From contig NC_069000.1 in NCBI RefSeq assembly GCF_001194135.2, positions 26,735,375 through 26,782,434 of the forward strand: DNA of 47,060 nucleotides, written 5' to 3'. The translations under genes and the position numbers were made by a program. This DNA comes from Octopus bimaculoides. Lineage: Eukaryota. Positions 10,385 to 22,233 of this stretch are shown here, piece after piece (position 1 is the first letter of the stretch; every line of letters begins with the position of its first letter). The notes under the pieces were generated by a model. It was not told the DNA's origin, searched no databases, and saw only the letters and a list, made by a program, of their open reading frames with translations.

Positions 10385-12420
10385 ACGACGCTCCATGTCT
10401 TTCTGGGTCTATTTCTTCCATGAATTCCATCCACTCTTAGTGATCAACACTTCTTTATGGAGCTGCTGTCGACATCCATCCATATCACATGACCAAACCT
10501 ATGCAGTTTTCTCTTTTTCCCACTGCATCTAATTCCTCTTATGCCTAGCTTTTCTGTCAGTACACTAGCGTTCTGTTGCACATGTACACTAACATTACAC
10601 ATCCAGCAGAGCATACTAGCTCATTCCCCTGCATTTGGGACCTGCATCTAAAATGTAAAATTGTTGTTTGTATACATGCATCATACAATCTTCCTTTCAC
10701 TTGGAGGAAGAGACCTTTGGCTGCCAACAGACGAAAAGCTCTCTGAATTTTCTCCATCCCATTGTTATTCTAGCTATTATATTTTCCATACATCTTTCCC
10801 CACTACTAATTTGGTCCCTGAGGTAGCAGAAATTATCCACAACCTCTGAAGAACTTCCAGGGAATTTGAGAAAAATCAATTTCCCAAGTATCTGCAATTT
10901 TTATGGCTTCTGTGTATCATCCACATTTGAACACTGCTTACTCAGATAACCTTCCTATTGTTCCTCTTGTGTGTCCAAAGCTTGCACTAGGTACACTGTA
11001 TGGAATTCCTTCCTACAACTTTCCTACAAATCAAGTAGGGCCATTTACTTGAAGTGGGTAAGGTTCTGTCTGTTTTCTTGCTTACTAAGACCTTAGTCTT
11101 TGCTAAGTAAACCTTAGGGCCCTTAGATTTTCACACCTGGAATTTCTTTTCTACCACTGTTATAGAATCTGTTATGAGAGTAAGATCATCAGCATACAAA
11201 AGTTTTCAGGGGCTGCCAGTCTTAAATTCATCTTTTATGGCCTGGAGGACAATGATGAAAAGGAGTGTGGATTGAGGACTGAGCTTTGACGAATGCCTAC
11301 CATTACACCAAATTCTTCATCGCACTTGTGGTTAACTCTCATCTTACTAACAGCCTGTAAATGGCCTGTACAGCTTTTACAAGTCACTCATCTACCCGTA
11401 GTCTCCTCAGAGCCAACCATATCATGCAGTAGTGTACTCTATTGAAGGCTTTCTCTAGATCAACAAATGCCAAGTATAGCAGTTTGTTCTTTGCTAAGTA
11501 CTTCTCTCACAGTTACCTGACTATGAAAATATCATCAGTAGTGCTTCTCCCTGAAGCAAAGTCAAACTGTATTTCATTTAGTCTAATTCTGCTCCTAACT
11601 AATTGGGGTATAACTTTCTCTGTAATTTATCACCTAGTCCAGTAGTTTGATACCTCTATAATTGCTTCTATCTAAGGGATCTCCTTTATCGTTGTAACAG
11701 CTAACTATAATGCTGCTACATAAGTCACTGGGTATTATGTCTTCCTGAATAACCTGATTAACTATGCAAGTGACTAGCCTGTATCCTACCCTACCAGATA
11801 TTTTGCTCACTACATTGATAAGTGACCAGACAGTTAGCAGGTTTCCTGAAGTTGGTGTTGTAAACCAGTAAGCCATAAGTATCACAAAACTCAAACAGCC
11901 TTGTTCTCTCTTCATTTCTAGAGCCAAAGCTATAGCCTCCATGCACACCCTGAAATCCATCAGAGTGTCTTCCGGCATGTCTGTTGAAGTCCCCTGCCAC
12001 AATAAGAACATTGTTGTCTTTCATAATCAAGGTAGTCCTCAGAAGGGACTTCTAGAAGTGGTTCTTCTGGGTATCTGTAAGACTGGCATGTCAAGCATAT
12101 TCAGAAATAACTGACACTGTTACATCAAACAAGGCTGTTCTTAGCTTAATAATCCTATCACATACCCTGACCACTTCAATCACCTTATTTACTCACTTCT
12201 CTGCTAGTAGAATATCATTCCACCTTGACTCTCATTGCTGCTCACTCAGAAAAACTTGTATCTATGTCTCTGCCCATAAGCAGTCTAGTTGAGGCTCCTG
12301 TATCATATCTCTTGCACACAGCAGACATCTATACATCTTCACTTAGGCATTTCATCTTTCTCTCCAGATGTACCTTTCATTATGCCAATGTTGATTGTGG
12401 CAGCTCAGCTTGAAGACTTG
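10385..12420 (-). mobile_element. Degenerate RTE-clade LINE (APE and RT), internally deleted
   Basis: Minus-strand LIVAGDFNRH (APE), KGDPLDRSNYRGIKLLD, YLAFVDLEKAF, LLYADDLTL near 11175, VKGRLYDAC, FGHVI.MD; stops and frameshifts. Confidence 0.85.
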
Positions 12421-13509
12421 GGAAAAAGTTTGAGGGATGTTTTCAGCTTCTGAAAAGAAAAAGAACTTTGGTGTTGCATGTCCTTGTGCTTAGTGTGAAA
12501 AATAATGTTACTATTGCAGTTTCAATTTCCCTCAGTCCCAAAAATCCTTTGTAAGCATGCACATACATATAAATGTAGATATACAACACACACACACACA
12601 CACACACATTGCAATGTTATTGCACAACACTGTATTACTGTGTAACGATTATTGCACTAATTTATTGACAATCCATATATTGTATGGACTATTACTATGT
12701 AATAACAAAAATAGAATGGAATTCATGGGTTATTAGTTCAATTCCACATTAAGTTTCAGTTTCCCTTGTCAGTCAGAAATAAGTAATTAGAATTGATGAA
12801 TAAAATAACTATTAGTATATTAGAGAAGCTTGTTTAAGAGGAAATCTGTTTCACCTTAATGTGGAGGTACAAAAAAAAAATTAAAATAAAAACAGTTACT
12901 TACTTGTTCTCTAGATGAGCAATGTTTGTGAAAAGATCATTTTAGTCATACTTACTTACACAGTCACATTACTTGTATATTGCTGGTTTGTGTATAAATC
13001 ATTAATCTTGAGCCATTAATCTCAATCCGGTATATGCAAGAGAACCTTTATATGTCCCCAAGCAAAATCTCTCTCAAATACACCCTACCTTCATAAAAAA
13101 AAAGGAAGAATACATTGTGTAATGTTGTCTCAGTTATACAAAGAGACAGGATGGTCATAGATGGAATACCTTTGATCATAGATCTGCTTGGACAGTGTTG
13201 ACCAAAGCTCAACAATTCAATATCCAGCCACTCCCTCAGCTCTGCCATTCCTGCAGCATTGGTGTTGCATAACCAACACATCATTTTCAACTAATTTTTC
13301 CTCACCCTCTGCATAGGTTCTGCATTCAATGGCCATGTGTCACAGTTTATTACATGCTTTTCATATGCCACATGTGTAAAGGATGTAATACTGCTTTCTA
13401 CATAGAGAGAAACCTTTTCTTGTTTAGTTCTTGGGCAATCTTGACTGATCAGAATTATGATCAAAGACATTCCAGCTATAATCATTTCATCTTTTTGTAA
13501 ATTCAAGAT

Positions 13510-13660
13510 TAAGTGGTGGAACTGGCAGAATCATTAGCACATTAGACAAAATGATTTGCTGCATGTAGTTATGGCTCATTAAATTCTGAGTTCAAATCCT
13601 ACCAAGGTCAATTTTGCCTTTCATCCTTCCAAGGTTGATACAATAAAGTACCAATCAAGT
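13510..13660 (+). mobile_element. tRNA-derived SINE, family A (partial)
   Basis: TGGCAGAATCATTAGCAC A-box head, GAGTTCAAATCC B box, TTTGCCTTTCATCC core. Confidence 0.75.
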
Positions 13661-14459
13661 AGAGGCAATTTAAAATTACTTGGAGTTATTATACAAGCCG
13701 GTCCAATGTGTTCTCCCATTTTTCTTTAAACATGGTGGGGGCAGATTTAGCTGTTAAAGCTTTCTAATTGGCTTAAGGAACTGTTTCATGCAAAGATAAC
13801 AATACTCCCCACCTCACAAATACAAACACATACGTAAATAAAAATGTAGAAAGCATTGGTATATTGGTACAGTTTTATATAAATATATACACATTGAATT
13901 GGATGCATAACTGATTGCAGCTCGGTATACATGGAAAAGTAATCAAGTGTGAGTGCCATACAGGTCCCATACATATCTGGTAGAGTACAGACCTTTGCAT
14001 ATATACATTGAGAAGTACATATTTCTAATACATACATACATACATACATACACACATATATATATANNNNNNNNNNNNNNNNNNNNNNNNNNNNNNNNNN
14101 NNNNNNNNNNNNNNNNNNNNNNNNNNNNNNNNNNNNNNNNNNNNNNNNNNNNNNNNNNNNNNNNNNNNNNNNNNNNNNNNNNNNNNNNNNNNNNNNNNNN
14201 NNNNNNNNNNNNNNNNNNNNNNNNNNNNNNNNNNNNNNNNNNNNNNNNNNNNNNNNNNNNNNNNNNNNNNNNNNNNNNNNNNNNNNNNNNNNNNNNNNNN
14301 NNNNNNNNNNNNNNNNNNNNNNNNNNNNNNNNNNNNNNNNNNNNNNNNNNNNNNNNNNNNNNNNNNNNNNNNNNNNNNNNNNNNNNNNNNNNNNNNNNNN
14401 NNNNNNNNNNNNNNNNNNNNNNNNNNNNNNNNNNNNNNNNNNNNNNNNNNNNNNNNNNN

Positions 14460-14507
<48 letters not shown>

Positions 14508-15337
14508 GCACACACACACACATGCACACACAGAAATTGACTGACAGATGGATGGAAGGAGAGATTGACAGCTAGCTGAATCTATTGACACATAGATGAG
14601 TGAATGGATGGATTGAGAAATAAATAAATAGATAATTACCATTAGTAAAGTTCTTACAAAACAGAACAGCCATTAATACTACAACTCCAGATTGAAAACT
14701 TGCAGAAAGTATAAAATGGACAGAATGACAATCTTAAGGGAAGCAGTGGGAATGGAAGAAAGAAAGAATAAGAAAGGAGAAAGAGAGAGAGAAGAGAAAA
14801 AGACAAAAGGAAAGAGAGAGAGTCAAAGAGTAGCAGTGAGTGAAAGTGTAACAGTTGTAGTGAGAATTAGAACCCGGTTTTCTGGATGCGTTGTTTTATG
14901 GCCCAAAGACCCAGTAAAAAAGTAAACCCCAGCTGACACTCAACTTTTAGTTAAAATTATTTAAAAAAAAAAAAACATTTTTTCTCATTACAATGGTATG
15001 TCTCATTTTTTTTACTGCTTTCTTTTTTGTTAATTATTTGTTATTATTATTATCATTTCATACATAGACACATGGTCAAATTTGGAGGGAGAAAACAGTC
15101 AGTTATAACAAACCCAAAACTTAACTTATACCAAATTTTATGAATCCCAGAAGGATCAAAGGCAAACTTGATCTTGTCAGGATTGAACTCGAAACATAAA
15201 AAGCCACTGAAATCAACTTTGTCTTTCACCTTTCTAGGGGTGATAAAATATCAAAGTATTAAGACTAATTTAATGAACTAATTTTGTTACCAAATTTTTG
15301 CCCTGTGTAAGAAATTATTATTATTAACATTATTATT

Positions 15338-15537
15338 AAGGTGGAAAGCTGACAGAATTGTTAGCATGCCAGGCAAAATGCTTAGCAGTATTTTATCCAT
15401 CTGTATGTTCTGGGTTCAAATTCTGCCAAGCTTGACTTTACCTTTCATCCTTTTGGGGTTGATAAAATAAGTACCAGTTGAGCACAGGGGTCGATGTATC
15501 TGACTTAGCCCCTCCCCCTTATACCAAAATTTGAACT
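15338..15537 (+). mobile_element. tRNA-derived SINE, family A
   Basis: GCTGACAGAATTGTTAGCA head, GGGTTCAAATTC B box, family core; (TAT)n flanks. A diverged opposite-strand fragment lies at about 15095-15200. Confidence 0.8.
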
Positions 15538-17159
15538 CATTATTATTATTATTGCATTTTCCTCTATTTAGCTTATGGTTTTATTTTTTCACAGCTTAAT
15601 GAAAAGCTAATGAGAAAAAAGAAAAGACAAAAATACCCTACCACTACCATAATGGTTGTACTTCTTCCATGTTAGTTTATGATTCCCATTGAATTATTTG
15701 CAAGTCAACAACACTGATATCTAAAATGAATATCTTGGCTTAAATCAAAGTTTGAACTTGATACCAAATATATTATTATTATTATTAGTAGTAGTAATTT
15801 AAATGAATCTTATTTGAAGGGGGAGATAAATTAAAAAATTTTTAAACAGGTTTGAAATTTTGTCAACATAAATGTAGGTACTTGTGTTTCCTTTCCTGTG
15901 CATGCATGCACACACACACACACACATACACACACTAACATTTATGTGTGTACATATATATGTGTGTGTGTGTATGTGCACTTTAAATAATATTGGTTAA
16001 ATACCTGGGCTATGTTTTCTTTTAATGTATTTGCTGAGATTTTCTAATTAAATTTTATTTTCTTGCCTTTTTGACATATGAGAGAGAGAGAGAGAGAGAG
16101 AGAGATTTAGCAAAGTGGTACTTACCAATTATTATCTTGTGAGTAGCTGATCAAATATTTATAATGGTTTGGGACTTTGTGATGATTTCTCAAACATTTT
16201 ATGTTATAACATTTCATATAGTGCTGTATGGTGATGTCAAGGGATTAGGATATGTACAACTGAAAACTGTGAAATATTTTGACATATTTGCTAATAGAGT
16301 CAAAGCTAAATGATTGGGAATTTTCTCAAGATACTGGACTTGGTGTACATTAAGTTTAAAACTTACTGAATACTTATTTTATTCTTGTTTGTTTGTTTTT
16401 CTCTAATCAAATAAAGACAAACGCAGATACCACTCTCATTTCACAGATTGTAACAAATACGACTCTTTTCAAAGGAAAGTCATGTAACAATCTCACAATG
16501 AAAGTATGGAAAAATGGTTTCAGTCATTGTACTACAGTCTCACTGAGGCATCAGCTTCAAAGATTTTCGCCAATTTTATTGATCCTGCCCAATACTTAGT
16601 TCTGGCACTCATTTTATTGATCTCATTTTACAGAATGGTTACATTTAGCTGAGTTGAGCCCCTTTCAAGAGTGGTTTCCTTTTTATAAACTTCAATATCT
16701 TGAGGATATGACTCTGGCCCTTTACCATCATTTTATTTTTCTTTCATACACACTCTACCCACTCTTATATCATGTGGAGTAGTACTGAATCTCCTCCTGC
16801 TCAAACCTTCCCATTGCCCTCATCATCCTCTGATTCTTTCTCATTGATCCCTTGACACTACTTTTTCCTTTTTCCTCCTATTATCTCTTCCATCTTATCT
16901 TCCCTTTCATCATCACTTTACCTACCTATTTATAACATTAGGTGGCACTGCATCTCTTCCTACTTAACTCTCTCCACTGTATTATCAGTCTCTATCTCTC
17001 CCACAGTAACATCCTGACACTACTTTTCATTTTCCCTCCTATTACCCACTTCACTAACACTGTGCTGTGTATCTTTATTTAAGTCTGTATGGTATAATTT
17101 GAAGGAAATTAAGTTGCCATTTTTAGCAGGTTGAGCAATATAACACATAACTTAGAAGC

Positions 17160-17520
17160 AGCACCACAGATGTACCAACACAACACACACGAGATTGAAA
17201 CAGCCGACCTCACGCACTTCTCATGAATAATTCCAGAAGAAGCTTCGTGAGACCACTCCTGAGACGCTTTCGAAAAAAGGAAAACCGTTGGAAAACAGCA
17301 AATAAGATCTGAAGAAGGAATTGTAATTCCGAAATATCATCGGACTATAGATAACCAAGTTACAACAGGTATATAGTCCATTTTTTGTTCTATAGTGCAT
17401 TGTTATACNNNNNNNNNNTTACAACAGGTATATAGTCCATTTTTTGTTCTATAGTGCATTGTTATACCATTCTAAACTTTTTATTCTTTACAAACAGTAC
17501 ACAATGCTTCAAGCGAACTA
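17160..17520 (+). mobile_element. Penelope-like element pseudo-LTR fragment
   Basis: Carries the hammerhead core CTGAAGA-stem-GAAA typical of Penelope pLTRs. No RT or GIY-YIG sequence is visible. Contains a 10-N gap with duplicated flanks. Confidence 0.45.
17306..17341 (+). ncRNA. Minimal type I hammerhead ribozyme motif
   Basis: GAT / CTGAAGA (17309-17315) / extra A / stem II GGAATT-GT-AATTCC / GAAA (17331-17334) / loopless ATAT helix III / C17338 predicted cleavage site / ATC pairing with the 5' GAT. Confidence 0.6.
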
Positions 17521-17629
17521 CAATACTCTCTTATTTGTTTTATATTATAAAGACAAGTGGAGTGCTATTCACAGCAATTCATATAATTCTGAGATACTAG
17601 CATACAAACAGTGTAAATGAATAAATGTA

Positions 17630-17785
17630 TATATGGCTGTGTGGTTGAGAAGTTTACTTTCTAACCATATAGTTTCAGGTTCAGTCCTACTGTGTGGCAC
17701 CTTGGGCAAGTGTGTTCTGTAGCCCTGAGCCACACACAGCTTTGTGAGGGGATTTAGTGGAAAGAAGCTGGAAGAATCATATTGT

Positions 17786-17824
<39 letters not shown>

Positions 17825-18050
17825 CATGGACACCTGGGTATGTTAGGTGTTGTAAACGTGTCACTGCCACACAAGCAGTGTCCTTCATTTCCAATTTTCA
17901 ATGAATACATGTCTAGCCAGGGGAAAATATTACCTTATTGGAAACAGGTGATGGTTGGTGATAGGAAGGGTATCAGCTGTAGAAAATCTACTTCAATGGA
18001 TTCTATCTGACCCATTCAAACATGGTAAAGTGGATACTGAAATGATGGTG
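17630..18050 (+). mobile_element. tRNA-derived SINE, family B head with (TG)n and a different 3' tail
   Basis: TGGCTGTGTGG A box, GGTTCAGTCC B box, GGCACCTTGGGCAAGTG core; (TG)n 17785-17822; tail ending GCATGGTAAAGTGGAT-like, resembling the RTE 3' end. Confidence 0.75.
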
Positions 18051-19341
18051 AGTATGACACTAGGAAACTTAATTTTATACAAGGAAACATTTCAAATGTT
18101 TTCTCTAAAACAATCTTTGAGTCTTACAACCAAAGGATAATGATTTCAATTTAGTTGTTTCTTGTTAAACAATGACTTCATTAATAAAAATAAATCCATG
18201 CTCAAACAAAGAGTATGTTTAATCTTGTTCTAAAATAATTGGGATCGTCATTTCAAGAGAGAATAGGTCACTGTTTTTACCAAAATGTGGCCTGTTGTGT
18301 GTTCTTCAGCTTTGGTGCAGTGAGTATTACACTTGCCCAGTCTAACAGACAATTTACCATCAAAAGAGATGTAGATTTGACATATGGTCTAAGGTACTAA
18401 TACAATTTATTCAAACATTAATTATTATGATTATATGAGTAGTATGAAGTTCAACAAGTAGTGTAACACTCGTTCAGTTGAGAGAGTAAAAATATTATTA
18501 TGATTAAAAGCCACAAAAAGCCTTGGAAAATACAGCTGTCCAGGGTTCCTGGCTAAAATTTTAAATTTAATAAATTTAAATTTATTTCACCATTTATCAA
18601 ACTGGTGAAAAAAGAAGATGGTTTAATAACTGCATTTGCTCTCTCCTCCATTGTTTATGAGGAACAAGTAACAGAAAATTATGGTACAGGTTACTCTCAA
18701 GGGCCACTGGTTTAATCTACCAGGGTGTGTTGAAATCTAAGCCATGGCAAAGGCAACTAACCCAGGAAATAAAGAACTCTAACAGAAAAGCTTGAGGTAT
18801 GTTGTTCTGGCAAACATTTGCACCAACTTTCTGCTATCAGCATTTCTCAAAGGTGTAGCTGCTCCTATATAAGCCTTCACTACTACAAACAAATCATCTG
18901 TGTGGGTAGTCTAACAATTATAATATTGGCTGTTAGACCCTCATATGTTGAAGCCAATAGGAGAATCCATTATTTATCATCATCATCATCATCATCAAAA
19001 CAACATCCTTTCATGTCTGTTTTTGATGGGGGCACTGGCTGGATTGTTCAACAGGGTTAACTAGATTGGAGGACAATGTGTTGCCCCAATGTTTCAGCTT
19101 TGGCAAGGCATCTATAGATGGATGCTCTCCCTAACACAGATATCATTATTATTGTGAACAGTTTTATGCTTGCTTTTCTATGCTAGTATGTGTTAGGCAG
19201 GACCATTTATCTCTTTCCCAGTCACAGTCCTTTGCTATTTTATTTTCTTTATGAGGATCAGCATTCTGAGATATGACCTCACCACTGTTTACAGGCTTCT
19301 TTATATAGAATGAATCCATCTATATTGACTAATCTATTTGT

Positions 19342-21010
19342 AGGTGCAGGTGTGGCTGTGTGGTAAGGAGTTTGCTTCCCAGTCACATGATTCTAGGTTC
19401 AGTCCCACTGTGTGCCACTTTGGGCAAGTGTCTTCTACTATAGCCTTGGGTTGACCAGAGATCTGTGAGTGGATTTGGCAGACAGAAGCTGAAAGAAGCC
19501 TGTCGTATATATCATCATCATCATCGTTTAACGTCCGCTTTCCATGCTAGCATGGGTTGGACGATTTGACTGAAGACTGGTGAACCAGATGGCTACACCA
19601 GGCTCCAATCTGATTTGGCAGAGTTTCTACAGCTGGATGCCCTTGCTAACGCCAACCACTCTAAGAATGTGGTGGGTGCTTTTACGTGCCACCGGCACAA
19701 AGGCCAGTCAGGCAGTACTGGTAACGGCCATGCTCAAAATGGTGTATTTTACGTTACACCTGCACAGCAGCCAGTCCAGTGGCACTCACAACGATCTCGC
19801 TCGAATGTCTTTACATGTGCCACCAGCACAAGTGCCAGGAAGGCGACGCTGGGCACAGGTGCCATCACGATTTCGCTTTTGCTTGCCCCAACAGGTCTTT
19901 GCAAGCCGAGTTTAGTGTCCAATGAAGGCGACAACATTGGCATGGGTGCCAGTCATCGAATTTAGTTCAATTTCGATTNNNNNNNNNNCCCCAACAGGTC
20001 TTTGCAAGCCGAGTTTAGTGTCCAATGAAGGCGACAACATTGGCATGGGTGCCAGTCATCGAATTTAGTTCAATTTCGATTTCACTTGCATCAACAGGTC
20101 TTCGCAAGCGGAGTTTAGTGTCCAAGGAAGGAAGGTATGCATAAGTGGGCTGGCTACACCCCTGGCAGAGGCCTTGGATATTGGTCTCACTTGACTTGCC
20201 AGGTCTTCTCACGCACTGCATATTTCCAAAGGTCTCTGTCAGAAGTCATTGCCTCGGTGAGGCCCAATGTTCGAAGTTCGTGCCTCACCACCTCATCCCA
20301 GGTCTTCCTGGGTCTACCTCTTCCACAGGTTCCCTCAACTGCTAGGGTGTGGGACTTTTTCACACAGCTATCCTCATCCATTCTTGCCACATGACCATAC
20401 CAGTGCAATCGTCTCTCTTGCACACCACAACTGATGCTTCTTATGTTCAACTTTTCTCTCAACGTACTTACACTCTGTCTAGTATGCACACTGACATTAC
20501 ACATCCATCGGAGCATACTGGCTTCATTCCTTGTGAGCCTACTCATGTCTTCAGCAGTCATGGCCCATGTTTCACTGCCATGTAGCATGGCTGTTCGTAC
20601 ACATGCGTCATACAGTCTGCCTTTTACTCTGAGTGAGAGGCCCTTTGTCACCAGCAGAGGTAAGAGCTCTCTGAACTTTGCCCAGTCTATTCTTATTCTA
20701 GCAGCTACACTTTCAGCGCACCCTCCCCACTACTAACTTGGTCACCTAGATATCGGAAGCTATCAACTAAGTCTAGTTTTTCTCCTGTATATATCTATCT
20801 GTGTGTGTCTTTGTGTTTGTCCTCTCATCACCACTTGACAACAGGTGTTGGTGTGTTTATGACCCTGTAACTTAGCAGTTCAGCAAAAGGGTATGATAGA
20901 ATAAGTAATAGGCTCAAGAAATAAGACCTCGGGTCGAATTGTTCAACTAAAACCCCCCAAGATGGTGCTCCAGCATTGCCGCAGTCAAATGACAGAAACA
21001 AGTAAAAGAA
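19342..21010 (+). mobile_element. tRNA-derived SINE, family B, split by an RTE insertion
   Basis: Head 19342-19512 and tail 20787-21010 (GGTGCTCCAGCAT..GCAGTCAAATGA..AACAAGTAAAAGA) together match the intact copy at 35073-35472. Confidence 0.85.
19513..20786 (-). mobile_element. 5'-truncated, well-preserved RTE LINE
   Basis: ORF 20187-20651 (RVKGRLYDACVRTAMLHGSETW..RLHWYGHVARM..GRGRPRKTWDEVV), long 3' UTR, (GAT)n tail at 19513; flanked by GTATATAT at 19505-19512 and 20787-20794. Confidence 0.92.
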
Positions 21011-21392
21011 TATGTACTAATCCATCCATATGCACTAATCTGTTCATATGTACTAGTCCAGTCATATGTCTATAATATGCAATGTATTTTCTCTCATGCA
21101 CTTGAAAATATCAACAAGTTTTTGGTGAAAGCTCATTTAACAAATGAACTTTGGAATATTATTCAACCAACCACAAGGTAATATTTGGTAAAATGCTTTG
21201 GATGATTTATCAGCACTCAGCAAAAGACATTAGAAAATTAAGCTCAACAAAACACACATGCACACACAAATATACTTCACATACATATGCATACATATGT
21301 GTTGGTTGTATATATTACTGAAAACAATGTTTGTTATGCAGCTTTAATCTTCTTTTACTGAGGATTTTTTTCATATTTGCTTATTGAGAAAT

Positions 21393-21452
21393 TATGTGTG
21401 TATGTATGTGTGTGTGTGTGTGTGCGTATGTGTGTGTGTGTATGTATGTGTG

Positions 21453-21494
<42 letters not shown>

Positions 21495-21722
21495 GGAAAA
21501 AATATATGAAAAACTAGCAATAAAACAAAACTGAAATGTAGTTATGTTCCCAATAAAAAATTTAAAAGAATAACTAGTTCTCTCTCCCCATTTACAAACA
21601 TGCATAGACACACATGTGTGATGGTGTGAGAAAGAGAAAAGGAAAGAGAGTGTGAGAAAGAGATGTGTTTGCAAATAAATATGTATGATTAGGTATAAAT
21701 ATGTGTGTGTGTGTGTGTGTGT

Positions 21723-21767
<45 letters not shown>

Positions 21768-21935
21768 TGTGTGTGCATAGGTACAATTGTTACATATATA
21801 TATGTACATATGGTATGTGTGTATGTACACATGTACATACAGACACACAGATACATATACATACATATACACAGATACATATTCATATATACAGATACAC
21901 ACACACACAAACACTCATGTATCTTTATATATATA
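21393..21935. repeat. Cluster of (TG)n/(TA)n/(TACA)n microsatellites just 3' of the zinc-finger ORF
   Basis: Directly visible at about 21393-21490 and 21700-21935. Confidence 0.95.
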
Positions 21936-22233
21936 GAATGTGGGTTAATAGACTGCATAGATTTGTCTTGCTAAACCTTCATTAACATACCTCTATACAT
22001 ATTCACAGATAAGTTTTTACATGCTAGGCCTTTTTCATCAGACCCATTTAGTTTTACTTTTTCTCTTTTTTTTTTTGTATAATTGCTTTTTAAATTTCTA
22101 TTTTTTGGTGGGATGGGCGGGTAGGAGTGTTTTTAAGATATTTCAGTTTTTTGGCAAGTGGAGGTCACTGAAACAACAGGTTGCTGACCTATAACTATGC
22201 TTTGGCATAAGTGATAAAAAAAAAAAGGAATTG

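Noticed and set aside
13048-13506. Two adjacent minus-strand ORFs forming a near-continuous frame
   Set aside because: They overlap two copies of the unclassified interspersed repeat and show no recognisable domain.
16128-16258. Candidate minus-strand exon bounded by TTTTCAG and GTAAGT
   Set aside because: All three frames contain stops; no support for coding, and such sites arise by chance in AT-rich DNA.
17359-17468. Exact 50 bp direct repeat either side of a 10-N gap
   Set aside because: Identical flanks around a minimal gap indicate unmerged contig overlap, not a real tandem duplication.
17765-17772. AAGCTGGA in a SINE copy, matching the predicted zinc-finger site nAAGCTnGA
   Set aside because: A single short match expected by chance, not conserved in the other family B copies, and the prediction is itself uncertain.
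19888-20080. About 90 bp exact repeat either side of a 10-N gap in the RTE 3' UTR
   Set aside because: Same scaffold artefact, although RTE 3' UTRs here do contain diverged internal repeats.
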